Below, piece after piece: positions 9,524-22,001 of a stretch of 64,000 bases of DNA. The position numbers were made by a program, and so were the translations under genes. The DNA lies in assembly GCA_002811645.1 (NCBI GenBank), contig PDIP01000149.1, positions 4,024 to 68,023 of the forward strand, read 5' to 3'. The notes beneath the pieces are model-generated. The model was not told the DNA's origin. It ran no database searches and worked only from the letters and a program-made list of their open reading frames with translations. Every line of letters starts with the position of its first letter. The stretch's first letter is position 1. Source of the DNA: Corallochytrium limacisporum Hawaii. Lineage: Eukaryota; Protista; Pluriformea.

Positions 9524-10801
9524 CTAATTGTCCCCATTATTAATCAGGGGCGCATCCTCGTCGTCGCTTTCCCAATCGTCCCCATCATGTTTTCCTGATG
9601 CCTTGGTGGTGGAAGAGGAGGCCAGTCCAACACCTTCGTTGGAAGACCCAGAGGAAGAGCTGTGGCGACCCAGAACTGGACGGCCTTCTTCGAGCAGGCC
9701 CTGCGTCTCGGCCTCCGCCTCAACTGGTCGTGTATCCGGACTGGCGGGCACCTCGGTCGCCTTGCGGGCCATCACTGTGGAAGCAACGCCGCTCACCACC
9801 AGGACTGTACCAACGACGTCCACGTAGGTCAGAGTATAGCCCAGGAACAGGATAGACAGAATCATGCTGGCCAAAATCTGCACTGGCCAGAAAGAAGTGA
9901 CAAAGACTGCAGTGGTACGCTTCGTGGCCCATGTGAGCAGGGTGTAGTTGAGAGCAGAGGTACCAAATCCGCAGTAAAGTACAGCCCACAGGCCAGTTTC
10001 ATTGAGGATCCAGTGGCTATCCCATGGAGGGCACCACAGCATTGCAAGTGGAACCAGCATCACGCAACCAAACAGGTAGATCCACAATGTCACGGCCCGG
10101 GCGTTCACGCCCTTCAAGTTCAGCACCTTCTTCAGTTGGACATTGTACAAGGCACCACAGATACCGTTCAAGAGAAGCCAAAAGTCACCTAGGAGGACCT
10201 GCCAGGAAGTCACACCAACGCCACCCTTGCCGGTGGCCATGGGAGCGTCTGTCAAGGTGTCGATGGCAGGCGAGTCAGGTTCAGTTGACTCTTCACTGCC
10301 CGATCCACCGAGAATGATCACACAAGCACCGCCCACGGCCGCGGCAATACCAATCAGGCGCCAGACTCCGGACCTGGTCTTCACATCCAGCTTGTCCTGA
10401 CCCAGAATTAATGCAATAATAAAGGTAATGATGGGCAGCATGTTCTTCCACAGAGCCGCAGTCACCGCGCTCGTGTACTGCACACCCAGAATTAGCAGAG
10501 GCTGCTTCAGGAGCACACCCGTGACTGCAAGGAAGAACATGGAACCAATCACCTTCCCAGTTTTCTCGTGCCCATGATTTTCAACGAACTTCGTGCTCAG
10601 CCACGGCGGCATAAGCGCATTGCGCTTGAAACCCGTAAAGCCTACCAGGACGAGTGCTCCTAATAATGACCGGTAAACGGCAAAGACAATGGGGTCAACT
10701 CCAGAGTCTGTTGCTGCCTTGGTGATCACAGCACTGCCTGCGAAAATGCACTGTACCAGGACCAGGACCAGCCCGGTAATGACGTCAGCCTTGCTAACCA
10801 T
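9524..10801 (-). CDS. EamA/DMT superfamily transporter, WAT1/MtN21 (UMAMIT)-like
   Basis: About 10 hydrophobic helices in two EamA repeats; FAVYRSLLGA, NMLPIITFIIALILGQDKL, GVQYTSA and VTSFWPVQ motifs. Confidence 0.88.
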   Translation of the reverse strand: MVSKADVITGLVLVLVQCIFAGSAVITKAATDSGVDPIVFAVYRSLLGALVLVGFTGFKRNALMPPWLSTKFVENHGHEKTGKVIGSMFFLAVTGVLLKQPLLILGVQYTSAVTAALWKNMLPIITFIIALILGQDKLDVKTRSGVWRLIGIAAAVGGACVIILGGSGSEESTEPDSPAIDTLTDAPMATGKGGVGVTSWQVLLGDFWLLLNGICGALYNVQLKKVLNLKGVNARAVTLWIYLFGCVMLVPLAMLWCPPWDSHWILNETGLWAVLYCGFGTSALNYTLLTWATKRTTAVFVTSFWPVQILASMILSILFLGYTLTYVDVVGTVLVVSGVASTVMARKATEVPASPDTRPVEAEAETQGLLEEGRPVLGRHSSSSGSSNEGVGLASSSTTKASGKHDGDDWESDDEDAPLINNGDN

Positions 10802-11292
10802 TATGTTTTGGTTTCTGTGTTGTAGTTGAGAAGGATTCTATCTGATCCGCTCTCCGTGTTTAGGGGGAACTCTCACTGCTTGAGAATTTAACTCTCCGTT
10901 CTACCCCGAGCACTTGTCCAGCAAAGTTGTTCTGCTAACGACTCCTGCTTGTCTCTCGTATTCTTTGCCTTTCACACTGTATGTGAGGTCGCGTTTACAA
11001 CGTTCGTGACTTTGTCCAGACGACTGATCTGACACTCGCGCTTAAATAGCGTACCCTGTGTGCAACGAAGGTGAAACCCTCAGAGTCCATGACACAAACA
11101 CCCGCAAGAATACATCACCGAAGAGGAAACCATGAGATCGCCCGCAAGATTTGTGCACAGTGCGTGTGCCGCAGCATCCCGCGATGTGTGAGAAGCCGTG
11201 AACATCTGAGTATGTCTGTATGTATGCGTGTGTATGTGTGTGCGAAGGAAGAAGGGAGAACCCGCACTTCGCCACCACTCCTCCCCCCCCCC

Positions 11293-11510
11293 NNNNNNNN
11301 NNNNNNNNNNNNNNNNNNNNNNNNNNNNNNNNNNNNNNNNNNNNNNNNNNNNNNNNNNNNNNNNNNNNNNNNNNNNNNNNNNNNNNNNNNNNNNNNNNNN
11401 NNNNNNNNNNNNNNNNNNNNNNNNNNNNNNNNNNNNNNNNNNNNNNNNNNNNNNNNNNNNNNNNNNNNNNNNNNNNNNNNNNNNNNNNNNNNNNNNNNNN
11501 NNNNNNNNNN
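11293..11510. other. Assembly gap (N run) flanked by poly-C
   Basis: 218 N. Confidence 0.99.
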
Positions 11511-12498
11511 CCCCCCCAACCCCCGGGCCTTTTCTCCCCTCTCCTCTCTCTTTGGTGTGTGTGTTGGCTACTACCGCGTTAAGCGGCCCACAACACACCC
11601 TCCGCACACACCGCTCCCAAACGGCGGAACATTTTTTTTCGTGCTTTCTCTTTTTTTCTCTTTCTTTCGTTCTTGGTTCCAAAGTTTTCTCCAAATCTTC
11701 CTACATTTTATCCATAGTGAATGTACCGGTAAAGGGGCTCGTCAGTTTTTTTGCACCGCACCCCCACCAACGCACGCGATAGGGGACCCGGAGGAAAAAT
11801 GGATCTGATCCAAACGCTCGGACTCTCGGCCCCCGTTTGCTTCCCCCGCTCACACTTGGACTTTTTCCCTTCCCTACCCCCCTCCCCCTTTCCCGTGCAG
11901 GCGTTCCTCGTCCTTTCGTTATCTATAGTAATTCTTCTTCTCTTTTTCCTCACGGTATGCCGTCGTGGGCCGCTTTGGCATCCTTACCTTTCGCACGCTT
12001 CGCCCCAGCTTCGCGAGTTTTCTTCTTTTCTTTTTTTTTTACTGTTTGTCCCGTGCGCCTCCGTGCCAAGGTGTCTGGACTCCCCCCCCCTCTCCCTCCC
12101 GACAATGAAAACCTTTGGGCAGGGCCACCAACAGAGATCCAAAGGTTTAAGAAAAACAAATAAAATATCAATGTCCCAGTCTCACGTCCCTGAATTTAAT
12201 ACGGTAAGAAGTTTCCCTAAGAACATCACACCTGTTCGCGGGATGAAGCTGGGCCCGACCAGGATTTTTATTTTTTTTTCCAAACCGACGGGGCACCCTT
12301 CTGCGGTGGTGGTACGTGACATCACATCAGTCCCAGAGACTCTTGCTCGCCCACGCCGCCCGCCAAATTTATGGCAATGCATCTTTCCTGTATACCTCTT
12401 AAATTTCTCTTCCCGGATTTATCAATATATAATATATGACAATGTTGTGAAGAAAACTTACACCATGTATCCAATTTCGCACTGTTGTCGCCACCAAA

Positions 12499-12523
12499 TC
12501 ACCGCCGCGAGTCGCGGCGGTGA
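12499..12523. repeat. Perfect inverted repeat, 12-bp arms with 1-nt spacer
   Basis: TCACCGCCGCGA-G-TCGCGGCGGTGA. Confidence 0.9.
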
Positions 12524-15500
12524 CGATACTGCCAAGAATTTATTCTCCTAAACGCTTCTACGCGGCGCAGCGGGTCTGGGCCAATGCAGAAGAAAACGTC
12601 GGCCCAAATCGTTAGAAAGGAACGATAAGGAGGCCCGAGCGTTCTGGAACGTTAAGAGGAAATTTCTAAAATTCCAAGCGGAACAAAAAGTAAAGTGACT
12701 TGAGCAAGGAACATGCAAGGAGAGCACATAATGAACCCGCCCAGCAGCAAGGACACGGGTGCTCGGGAAGGGGAAAAGGGGGTTGGACACGGGAACGGGG
12801 CTCCAGAAAGTGAAGGGGGAGGTGGGGGAGGTATATCTTCCCATTTTGGTTTCTTTTGTTGTTTGATCAAAAGGGAAAAAGGAAAATGGGGATTTGGAGA
12901 CTGACAGGGCCAACCAACCAAAAAAATGAAAGGAGAAAACTGGAGAATTGATCTCACATCATTGTGGGACGATAACCTTGGCGGACATGTGTGTGTGTGC
13001 GTTGCTGGAGGAAAACCTGTGTTGTGTTTCGTTGTTTTTTTTTATTTTACTTTTTGCTGCGTTCCTATTTTGTATTGATAGGAGAAACGGTAGTACCTGG
13101 AGATCCTCTCCGCATCAACCGATAGGAAGTGGAAAACCCTCAACAACAACCCACCCCCGTCATTCCTCAACACCACAAAAACTTTGGATAACAACGAGAA
13201 CATGAAATTTGCTTGTGTGCAGGAAAAGGGGAAAAATGAAAAGATGGAACCCACAAATTGGCTGATGATACGGCTGAACCCCATTTAAGACGGTTTCATC
13301 GCTGCTAAAATGTAAAAGGGAAAAAAAAAAGAAAGAAAGAATCAAAAAGGAAAATATATGAGAATTAGACCAAAACAAAACCGTCTGTGTTTATTTTTAC
13401 GATTTCTTGAGACGAGTTAAAAAAAACACAGAAAGAATATCTGTGATTTGGAAAATAATCCAATACGTGTGATATAGGAAAATCCGAGGCTATAGATTTC
13501 CGCAGCGAGCCTTATCTCTCACCCACGGCAGCGGAAAAAACCCTCCAGCACTCCTCTTCTTTGATGTCTTATCCATTGATTTTATATTTAGCCCATCCGC
13601 CGTTTGATCATCATCTTCGTTGCGATAAAACCGGGTACCACTCGCATCCGATCTCGGCTCCAACGACAAAGACGGTTGGGAGGTCCTCAAACAAGAACCG
13701 AATGAAAGAAAAATGTAAGAATACAAGATACCCACAAAACTCCGGTACTATCGGTACTGAATAATCCGTAGGTCCGACCGTTCGCATGGCCAAATACAGG
13801 ACCATCGGTCACCCTCTCTCCCTCCCACACCACACCGTCCAACGAAGCAGCACACAACTAAAACGCTTGAAAGACCCCAATCCATTCGCCCTTTTCTTTT
13901 TTTCGAATGTTTGGTTTGTGTTCTCCGGTGTTCCTCCAACTTTCTACTGTTCTGTTCCGTTGCCATTAATCAGCTCCATACATTACTCAGGAATTCTTTC
14001 CCTACCGGGTTGGAGGATGCAAAATCTATAAGATTTCCAATCTGTCCCATTCTCTTATTTTTTTTTCAAATGGGGAAGGTGTGGGGCTCACCCATTTTTA
14101 TTTGTTTCCTATTCTGTCGGTCACGAAAATTAAAATTTCATCCCACAGTGTGACATCCGACTATTTTCCCTCGGTTCATTTTATATACATAAATGCCCAG
14201 TGGCTAGAGTCGTGAAACCTGGCAGAAAAAGTAGACTATCGGCGTATGACGCGACGTATTGTGAAAACAAGGGCACTGGACTGAAGAAATTTCTTTCCTT
14301 GCTCCTTTCCTTGGCCTGGCTATTGAAACATCGTCACCCAGTCTCTTGGTGATTATTTTCCCCATTCTCTGAGTATGAGATGTGACTTCCAACATCTGAA
14401 GTGGAATAAAATTTTCTTCAGACGGACAAACGCGGCAGAAAGGAAGGAAGGGGGAGGGGGGGCAAGGTTCTGATTTCTTTTTTTTTTCGCATTGATTCAC
14501 CGCCACACCAACAAAACGCCTACAGTACGGAACCAAATAAATATATCCGCTTCCTACACATCGCTTATGCGAGCGCAGCCCAGTATTTCCGTATTGCGTG
14601 TGCCTAGGCGCGCGGGCGGACGGCGAGGCAAGAGAGGGACCACGCGGTGCTGGCAGGCCTATAGTGAGCTACCTGAAAGTGTGTGCAGCAGCCCAGCGAG
14701 CGGGTAGAGAAGGGGGAGGGGAATGAAGAACAATCACGTTAGGGTTATTTCCCCATTTATTCAGTATAGGAACCCAATATCCCCTGGCCTTCTTTCTTTC
14801 CCACTGTTTTCCTTTCTTTCTTTCTTTTTTTCCTTCTACTCCGGACCGCCTTTCCTTTGCGCACTGCGCGCCCTTTGCTTTGCGGGAGTGTGGTGCAGAG
14901 CGCAGCCGAGAGGGCACCGGCGCACTCGAAACACACACAAAGCGCTGGGGGGGGGGGGTTCTTAATGAACTAGAGGGTGTCCAATTTCTATATAAAATGA
15001 ACTGGAGAATGGATGGACTCTAGAGAATTGAGCAAGAGAGAGGGGGAAACGGTTTAGGCATTGGAACCAAAGGCGAGAACTCGGGCCTTGAGGACGAAAG
15101 CGCAAGACCGCCCACTTTTCCCCCTTTTTCATTTTCACATACTTTCTGACGTGCTCCACAAAGCTCGCGGAACCGAGGTGGCGGGTCCAATGGAGCAAGG
15201 AGCGGTGGGGCCAGAACCCGGGGAGTGGCCTTTTTTTTGTTACAAATGGGTACGTACGCCCGCTAAAGCATTTTCCCTCTTTACTTTTTGGTGTCTTTAG
15301 GGCTTCGCTTAGTTCCAGGAATTTGGGGGAGGGTTCAAAATTTTGGCAGTGCTGGGAGCGCCACAGCTTACTGCTGATGTGCGTACGCGCAGCTTTGATT
15401 TGTGCCCGCGGGTGCCCGCCGCTCGGCCGCAGGGCGGCCGAGCGGCGGCTTGCTGAAGCAGAGACACCACCATCCCAGTACCAACCTATTGTGGGGCACC

Positions 15501-17688
15501 ATAAGCCATACACCGATGCAAACGGCCATTCCTGGATGGCTGGGCGCATGTTAGATTTTGGAGTTCACTGTCGTACAGAATGTCTGCGATGACTGGCCCC
15601 GCGCGGCATGCAGCAGAGGAAAAATTATGAACACACGATCCTCACCGCCGATCGCTTGGCCAGTGCGAAGAGCATGGCCAATATCGCCGTGTCAAGATGG
15701 CTGTGGGTGTTTGCTATGTGTTTTGTGGAGCGTACCTGTGCACGGCTCAATAATTTCGGGGCGCGATCGCACACAAAGAAATCGAACCCCATCTTTACGA
15801 TTTGTGTATAAGAAGATGGGTGCTTCAAGTCTACATCATACGACCAGACTGCTGTGTCACATGCCGCTGTCAACATTCCGTCTCGCTTGGCGCAGTCGAT
15901 GAAGAGGTCCTATGGTCTGTTCTATACACGCGCTCAGAATCCCACTACCACTACCAATACCATATCTCCTAATTGGCATCCGGCAAAGAATGGTACTGGT
16001 GGTGTGGATGGATGCTGATGGCTTCTTCTACCATGGACTCCTCCTGAAGAAAACAAAACAGTCTCACCGCCGCTGCTGCTACGAGTGTCACCCCCGAGCT
16101 TCGAAACGAGTTGGTAACTTCGCCACACGATCATCCGGGTGTTCGCTGCGTCCTCATTGACTCCCGGACGGGCTGGCTGGCCGCTGGCTGGTAAGGTATG
16201 AGAATGATGTGTGCTTCCACAGCGCAAGCACATATCATCGCCCAATAGTAGCATCAACCGCCAACGAAGTCCTCGCAGCATGCGGATCATGCTGAAAGTG
16301 TGGGCGTCTTTGGCGCTGTGTGCACACGTAACAACATGAGCATCATTCTCTGCAAAGCTCACATCTTCCGCGTGTACCGAAGAGCTGCTGTAATCGTCCG
16401 CACGACGAACGCAGCCACGAGGTACTATTCCATTTCCGTTGTAAGAGATGAATTGGCCATAGATACAACGAAAAGGATGCGAGAACAGCATATTTATCTT
16501 TACTATGGCTGTCCTGTCGCGATCCTGACCTCCTCCAATGTCTAGGCTTAGCAGCCCGCCAGGCGCTTTTGTCCTCCCCGCCCCTTCTTCGGCGGATCAT
16601 CTCCGCCGTTCGTTGAATAGTCTCTGCTCTCCAGCAATCGTGACATATGCGTGCTGAATTGGACCAGAGAACTCCAATCGATACTCGTGTCGTCATTCTG
16701 TGCCCTGACCTACTTCTGGATGCCCGCATCCGGATGGCGCCGAAAGATTGGTGATGATGCGCACCCGTACGTGAATACGCTTCGTTGTTGATTGTGATAA
16801 TCGTCCGCAGATACTCCGGGCCTTTAAGTACGAATCATATTTTTCGCGCTCAAAATCCCGTGGATTGGGGGGACGTCATTGCTGTCCATGGTATTATATA
16901 GCTACGTGTATAACCCAATACCAATCAATCAAATCGGCCCCTGGCTTTTTCGGTCAGGTTTGCGCCTTGTGCGGGACGAGTCTCGCTGTCCCACACCGGG
17001 TTGGCGGTGTTTGATGGTCTCTGTGGCACCTTGCCCACTATTTGACCCGCCCGGTACATTTGCTATGCTGCGCACGGCAAAGCACCGCACCGGCGGCCAA
17101 ACCGAGGCAAGGCTACTTTGTTCACCGAAAACGAGGAACACACTGATGCAGGAATTAGGCCCAGGGGGGGCCTAAGCGGACGGGCATGCACACACACACA
17201 CACGCGCACGCAGACTCTGTCCGCTCCGAGGCCGCTCTTTCTCCGGCCGCGCTGCCTTCGCTCTTGGGACTTGCGCGCTGCGGAAAACCACCTCCCATCA
17301 CCCCCGGGTGGGGGTGGGGGAGGCCGGTGGCGCCTGGGGCGGCGAAAGCAAGCATTGGTGGGGAGGCACCGGACGAGGAAAAAATGCAGGAGAAAATGAT
17401 GGGCCCTTCGCCCCCTGCCCCCCCCCGGGCGGGCCTCTTACCCGCGTAGTGAAAGTACCACCAGAAGACAACTATGCCACACGGGCAAGGCCGGAGAGAG
17501 GGAAAAAAAAAAACTCGCGGGCGGGTCCGGAGTCCATCGGGGCAAGCCATGCGGTGCACACCCAACTCCTGGCTTTATAGAAAATGTGCGACGACAACGA
17601 CCGCAAAAAGCAGTTGATATGATAAACTCCCGGCCAGGGTTGGAGGCACTAGGCAGCCATGCGCTAGGGAGCCCGCTTTCAACACATA

Positions 17689-17712
17689 GCTCAGATTGGG
17701 CGGGACCTGGCG
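17689..17712 (+). promoter_or_regulatory. Putative promoter element upstream of IMPDH (inverted CCAAT fused to GC-box/E2F-like GGCGGGA), shared with MTAP
   Basis: GCTCAGATTGGGCGGGACCTGGCG, 21/24 identical to 55710-55733. Additional CCAAT boxes at 17808 and 17819. Confidence 0.6.
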
Positions 17713-18045
17713 CTTGCTGTGCGGACAAGGACCCAATTCTACCCGCGCGCCCCACTGAGGGTCACATGGCTAAAAGCGCAGGCTTTCTCGACACGCAGAG
17801 ACGGTCACCAATGCGTGGCCAATGGCGAGACTAGATATGTTGCAATTACAATGTAAGAAAAGTGGCCGTTCCCGGCTTGTTGATCACAAAAAAGACAAAG
17901 CTACAAGAGAGTCCACGTGGATCGGGTAAGAGGTACCGCTGAAAGTGTAACAAATGGCAAGAGCAGCTTTGCCCAACCTTGGATATAGTTTAGGAGCAGA
18001 AATTGGTTGGCCGACGCCAATAGCATACACAGAAATAAGAAAACC

Positions 18046-19575
18046 ATGTCCAACGGCATCAACAAGGATTTGAGGGACGGCCTCAGCGCCGACGAAATGT
18101 TCGGCAAGGGGGTCAGCCTAACCTACAATGATATTATGATCCTGCCGGGATACATTGACTTCCCTGCTAGCGCCGTGGACCTGACCACTAAGCTCAGTCG
18201 CAATATCAAGATGAAAACCCCATTCGTCTCGTCCCCCATGGACACCGTGACCGAGTCCGAAATGGCCATCCACATGGCCCTGCTCGGCGGTGTTGGTATT
18301 ATTCACAATAACCAGGGTGCGGCGACCCAGGCCGAAATGGTCAGGAAGGTCAAAAAGTATGAACAGGGTTTTATTCTTGACCCCGTTACTCTACCTGCCA
18401 CTGCCACTCTCATTGATCTTTTCGACATCAAGAAGAAGTTTGGCTTTAGTGGCATTCCCATCACTGATACGGGTAAGATGCGCGGTAAGCTGTTGGGTAT
18501 TGTCACCTCACGGGATGTTGATTTCCTCACCGACGAGCAGATCAACACTCTGACTGTCAAGGACGTGATGACCCCCCGCTCTGATCTCGTGGTCGGCACC
18601 CAAGACATGAACCTTGAGGATGCCAACCGGGTTGTCAAGGATTCCAAGAAGTCAAAGCTTCCGATCGTCAACGAACAGGATGAACTTGTGGCCTTGATTA
18701 GCCGCACTGACATTAAAAAGAACGAGACCTTCCCCCTTGCGTCCAAGGATCCTCACCACCAGCTGATCGCTGCTGCTGCCGTTGGCACTCGAGAACACGA
18801 CCGTCAGCGTTTCCGTGCTCTGGTGGATGCCGGAGTGGATTGCATTGTTATTGATTCAAGCCAGGGTAACTCTTCCTACCAGATCGAAATGATTCGTGCC
18901 ATGAAGAATGAATTCCCAAACGTCGACATCGTTGGAGGTAACGTCGTGACCCGCGGTCAGGCTGCCAACCTGATTGCTGCTGGGGCCGATGGTCTGCGTG
19001 TGGGTATGGGCTCCGGATCGATTTGCATCACACAGGAGGTCATGGCTTGTGGGCGCGCTCAGAGTACCGCGGTCTGGAACGTAGCTCGTGAAGCTGCCAA
19101 GCACGACGTGCCCATCATTGCCGATGGTGGCATTGGCAATGTCGGACACATCATCAAAGCCTGCGCCTTGGGTGCGTCCACCGTGATGATGGGTTCCCTG
19201 CTGGCCGGTACCTCAGAGTCTCCGGGTGAATACTTCTACCAGGACGGTGTGCGCTTGAAGCGCTACCGTGGTATGGGTTCTCTGGATGCCATGGAGAAGG
19301 AAGGTGGAAAGCAGCGCTATTTCAGTGAGAAGGACAAGATCAAAGTTGCGCAGGGCGTGACTGGTTCTGTCGTGGACCGCGGCAGCATTCATCGTTTCGT
19401 GCCGTACCTGTACGCTGGTGTCCAGCACGGTCTGCAGGACATTGGGTACAAGAGTCTGAGCACCCTGAAGGAGGGTATGTACGCCGGTGATGTCCGCTTT
19501 GAGCAGCGTTCTCCAGCGGCCCAGTACGAAGGTGGTGTTCATGGTCTGCACAGCTTCGAGAAGCGCCTGTTCTAA
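18046..19575 (+). CDS. IMPDH: Inosine-5'-monophosphate dehydrogenase
   Basis: [23 protein letters not shown] pair, IDSSQGNS, catalytic [18 protein letters not shown]-terminal [12 protein letters not shown] in ACC-ATG context at 18046. Confidence 0.98.
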   Translation: MSNGINKDLRDGLSADEMFGKGVSLTYNDIMILPGYIDFPASAVDLTTKLSRNIKMKTPFVSSPMDTVTESEMAIHMALLGGVGIIHNNQGAATQAEMVRKVKKYEQGFILDPVTLPATATLIDLFDIKKKFGFSGIPITDTGKMRGKLLGIVTSRDVDFLTDEQINTLTVKDVMTPRSDLVVGTQDMNLEDANRVVKDSKKSKLPIVNEQDELVALISRTDIKKNETFPLASKDPHHQLIAAAAVGTREHDRQRFRALVDAGVDCIVIDSSQGNSSYQIEMIRAMKNEFPNVDIVGGNVVTRGQAANLIAAGADGLRVGMGSGSICITQEVMACGRAQSTAVWNVAREAAKHDVPIIADGGIGNVGHIIKACALGASTVMMGSLLAGTSESPGEYFYQDGVRLKRYRGMGSLDAMEKEGGKQRYFSEKDKIKVAQGVTGSVVDRGSIHRFVPYLYAGVQHGLQDIGYKSLSTLKEGMYAGDVRFEQRSPAAQYEGGVHGLHSFEKRLF

Positions 19576-19880
19576 ACGACTGTTCTCTCTCATGTCCCAT
19601 TTCTTATGTCTCATCTGTGTACTTAATATAGAGCATATGCTACACTTTCCAATTTCAAATCAGCTTGTTGCACTGAAAACAGGCACACTTACAATCACAG
19701 GCTACCTTCTTGGGAGAGATCTTTTTTTTTGCGAACAACGCGAAGACTATATGTGTAAACTATTACATGATGCAACAAAAGGGTGGACTATGGTCACCGG
19801 AATTGGGTGCTCTGTTCAAAATACAAATGCATTGAACTAGTTATATTGCACACAACAAAGAGTATGGCTAACGTGAGGAC

Positions 19881-22001
19881 TCAGCCTTCATAATCATCTT
19901 CCTCCATCGACAGCTTCATTGTGCGTTTCTTCCTGGTCTTGGAGTTGGATTTCTTGCGGGTCCTCGAAGTGAGCTCGGATAGGAAATCGTCATCCGTAGC
20001 ATCTTGCTTCTCCGTCTTGGGACGGTTTTCAATTTCTCGAGCGGTAACGGCAGTACTGGCCATGGCACGCTCCATAGGTGAGTCCACTCTGTCTAGGAAG
20101 TCATTTACGTCGACCTCCGCATGTAGACTCTTGGGTATTGGGTCCGTGGCCTTTGAATGCTCCACCGGCGCTTCTCGGAACGCGTCCGGCACGACATTGT
20201 TGTCAAACATAGCAGCTGTTAGTGCAGCCGCGGCGGCATCTTCTTTGTCCTGTAGACGCGCATCTACTGAAGGTACTGTCATGGACGTCTGCCTCGGAGG
20301 AGAAGCTGGTGCTATTTCAACCGCTGGTGGAGCATCTTCCAAAATCTCCCTACCAGCTCTGGGAGAGTTGATCACCCCCCGCTGGAGCGCACTGGTTCCT
20401 GTACTGGTGGTCGCCCTGGATGCCTGCGGCTCTCTCTGGACATTACGGTCATGCTTCGACGTGCCTTTTGACACCATTCTGTTTTTCCTCATTACCTCCT
20501 TGGTCTGTAGGATACTGCTGTCGTCCGAGGATGGCTCAGGAGCCCGCTTCGCTTGAGCGTTCTCGCGCATCTTCCGCCTGGCGTCTTCCAATTTCTTCGA
20601 CCGCAGTCGGCGACTCCTGTCGAGGGTCTCCTGAGCTTCAGCGTCCACTTCGCTGTCAATTGGTCCCGTCTCTGTGTCTTCATTGTCTCCCAGGAAGTCC
20701 TCCAGATCGATTTCTTGGTCACCGTTAATAGATGACCCCAAACCGCTGCTGGCATTGCTCGCACTACGGCTGTGTTTCGGGCCACTGGGCACACGCCTGT
20801 GTCCCCTAACTGCACTAGCAACATTGAGACTGCCATTGTCGTACTCCATGCTTTCCCGTCTTTGTCGCTCAATCACCTGCTGCTGATGCTTGCGTTCACG
20901 AGTCTTCTTAAAGTATACAAAGTCCTGGCTCAACCCAGCCGATATCAGATCATCCGCGCAGCGATGTAACCGCTCAGCCATATCCAGCTGTGCACGTGCA
21001 TACATAGCCTGGCGGGCCTGTAGGAAAGGGACATTGATGGCGGTGTACAGATATTTCAGTCCATAGCCCAAGATCGCACTCGATTCCCCAAAATGCAATT
21101 GTCCAGTCGGGTGGAGTGTGAGATAATACTCGTCATTCAGCCCAGTGCTCGTCTCATCCCTTTGTGGCCGCGATGCATCAACCTTTGTTGATGAGGCTGA
21201 ATTGGCCGTACTGTGAGCCCGATGCTCCTGAACGTACTCTTCACAACGATCCCTCCAGATCTGCTCCAATTCTTCATGCCATACCGCAATGACGTCTCTG
21301 TACTCGGTCTCCCCGTCCATTTGGTCTCCGTTCTCCTCGCTGGCACTGCTAGAGTGTAGCAGTTGATCAAGGACATCCCGTTTCGTTCCGAGTACTAAGA
21401 CATTCACCGTCACGGGAATCTCTTCCTTCATCAACCGCTTGATGTAGTGCATCGGGCTCTCGGCGACTGCAGTATCCTTCATCACACTAACGTGCCACTC
21501 GAGAGCCAGATCTAGTAGTAAAATGACCAATGATGTACCCCTATACACATCCATATGTGCAGCATCTGCTGGAGGCAGGGCTAGACCTGTGGCCCCATTG
21601 ATTATCGTCGTTCTATTGGAGTCGTTACCTTTGTTGCCATCAGGAACGTCCCAAACCTCAACCTTTGCTTCTGCGGCAATCACGTTGCTGCCTCCCACAC
21701 CCCCTACGGCACAACCGCGCGCAGGGCTCCAGCGGATATGGTCCGAATTCAAACGCAAGGTTGGAGTGTGATTCATGGGCGGCTGTTTGCCCTGCAGGCA
21801 ACGGAACAAGCTTGTCTTACCTGACCCAGACGGACCCCGTAGGATCACACGAAGATTGTAGCGCTCCAAAGCATGGTCAGGCTTCTTTGTCAACCGGTTG
21901 GCTAGTTTGTGATCACCAACCGGCGACGGTGGTATTTCCTTTGGCGCTAACGGTGGAGCCCGAGGTGGCCCGCCAGCAAAATTGCTTCGTAGCCAATCCA
22001 T
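19881..22001 (-). CDS. RABL6: Rab-like protein 6 (RBEL1/PARF) homolog
   Basis: YNLRVILRGPSGSGKTSLF, KVEVWDV, DAAHMDVYRGT, VLVLGTKRD, ESS..GYGLKYLYTAINVPFLQ, long acidic/basic tail ending KK-rich...DYE. ATG in ACC-ATG context at 22001. Confidence 0.85.
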   Translation of the reverse strand: MDWLRSNFAGGPPRAPPLAPKEIPPSPVGDHKLANRLTKKPDHALERYNLRVILRGPSGSGKTSLFRCLQGKQPPMNHTPTLRLNSDHIRWSPARGCAVGGVGGSNVIAAEAKVEVWDVPDGNKGNDSNRTTIINGATGLALPPADAAHMDVYRGTSLVILLLDLALEWHVSVMKDTAVAESPMHYIKRLMKEEIPVTVNVLVLGTKRDVLDQLLHSSSASEENGDQMDGETEYRDVIAVWHEELEQIWRDRCEEYVQEHRAHSTANSASSTKVDASRPQRDETSTGLNDEYYLTLHPTGQLHFGESSAILGYGLKYLYTAINVPFLQARQAMYARAQLDMAERLHRCADDLISAGLSQDFVYFKKTRERKHQQQVIERQRRESMEYDNGSLNVASAVRGHRRVPSGPKHSRSASNASSGLGSSINGDQEIDLEDFLGDNEDTETGPIDSEVDAEAQETLDRSRRLRSKKLEDARRKMRENAQAKRAPEPSSDDSSILQTKEVMRKNRMVSKGTSKHDRNVQREPQASRATTSTGTSALQRGVINSPRAGREILEDAPPAVEIAPASPPRQTSMTVPSVDARLQDKEDAAAAALTAAMFDNNVVPDAFREAPVEHSKATDPIPKSLHAEVDVNDFLDRVDSPMERAMASTAVTAREIENRPKTEKQDATDDDFLSELTSRTRKKSNSKTRKKRTMKLSMEEDDYEG

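Noticed and set aside
11071-11808. Long ORFs spanning N-gaps (also near 28390-29383 and 40860-41904)
   Set aside because: Length arises from the N runs; flanks are low-complexity.
15536-15811. Possible second selenoprotein (C-L-R-TGA joining two small ORFs)
   Set aside because: No similarity to any selenoprotein family I recognise and no convincing SECIS; CxxTGA is common by chance.
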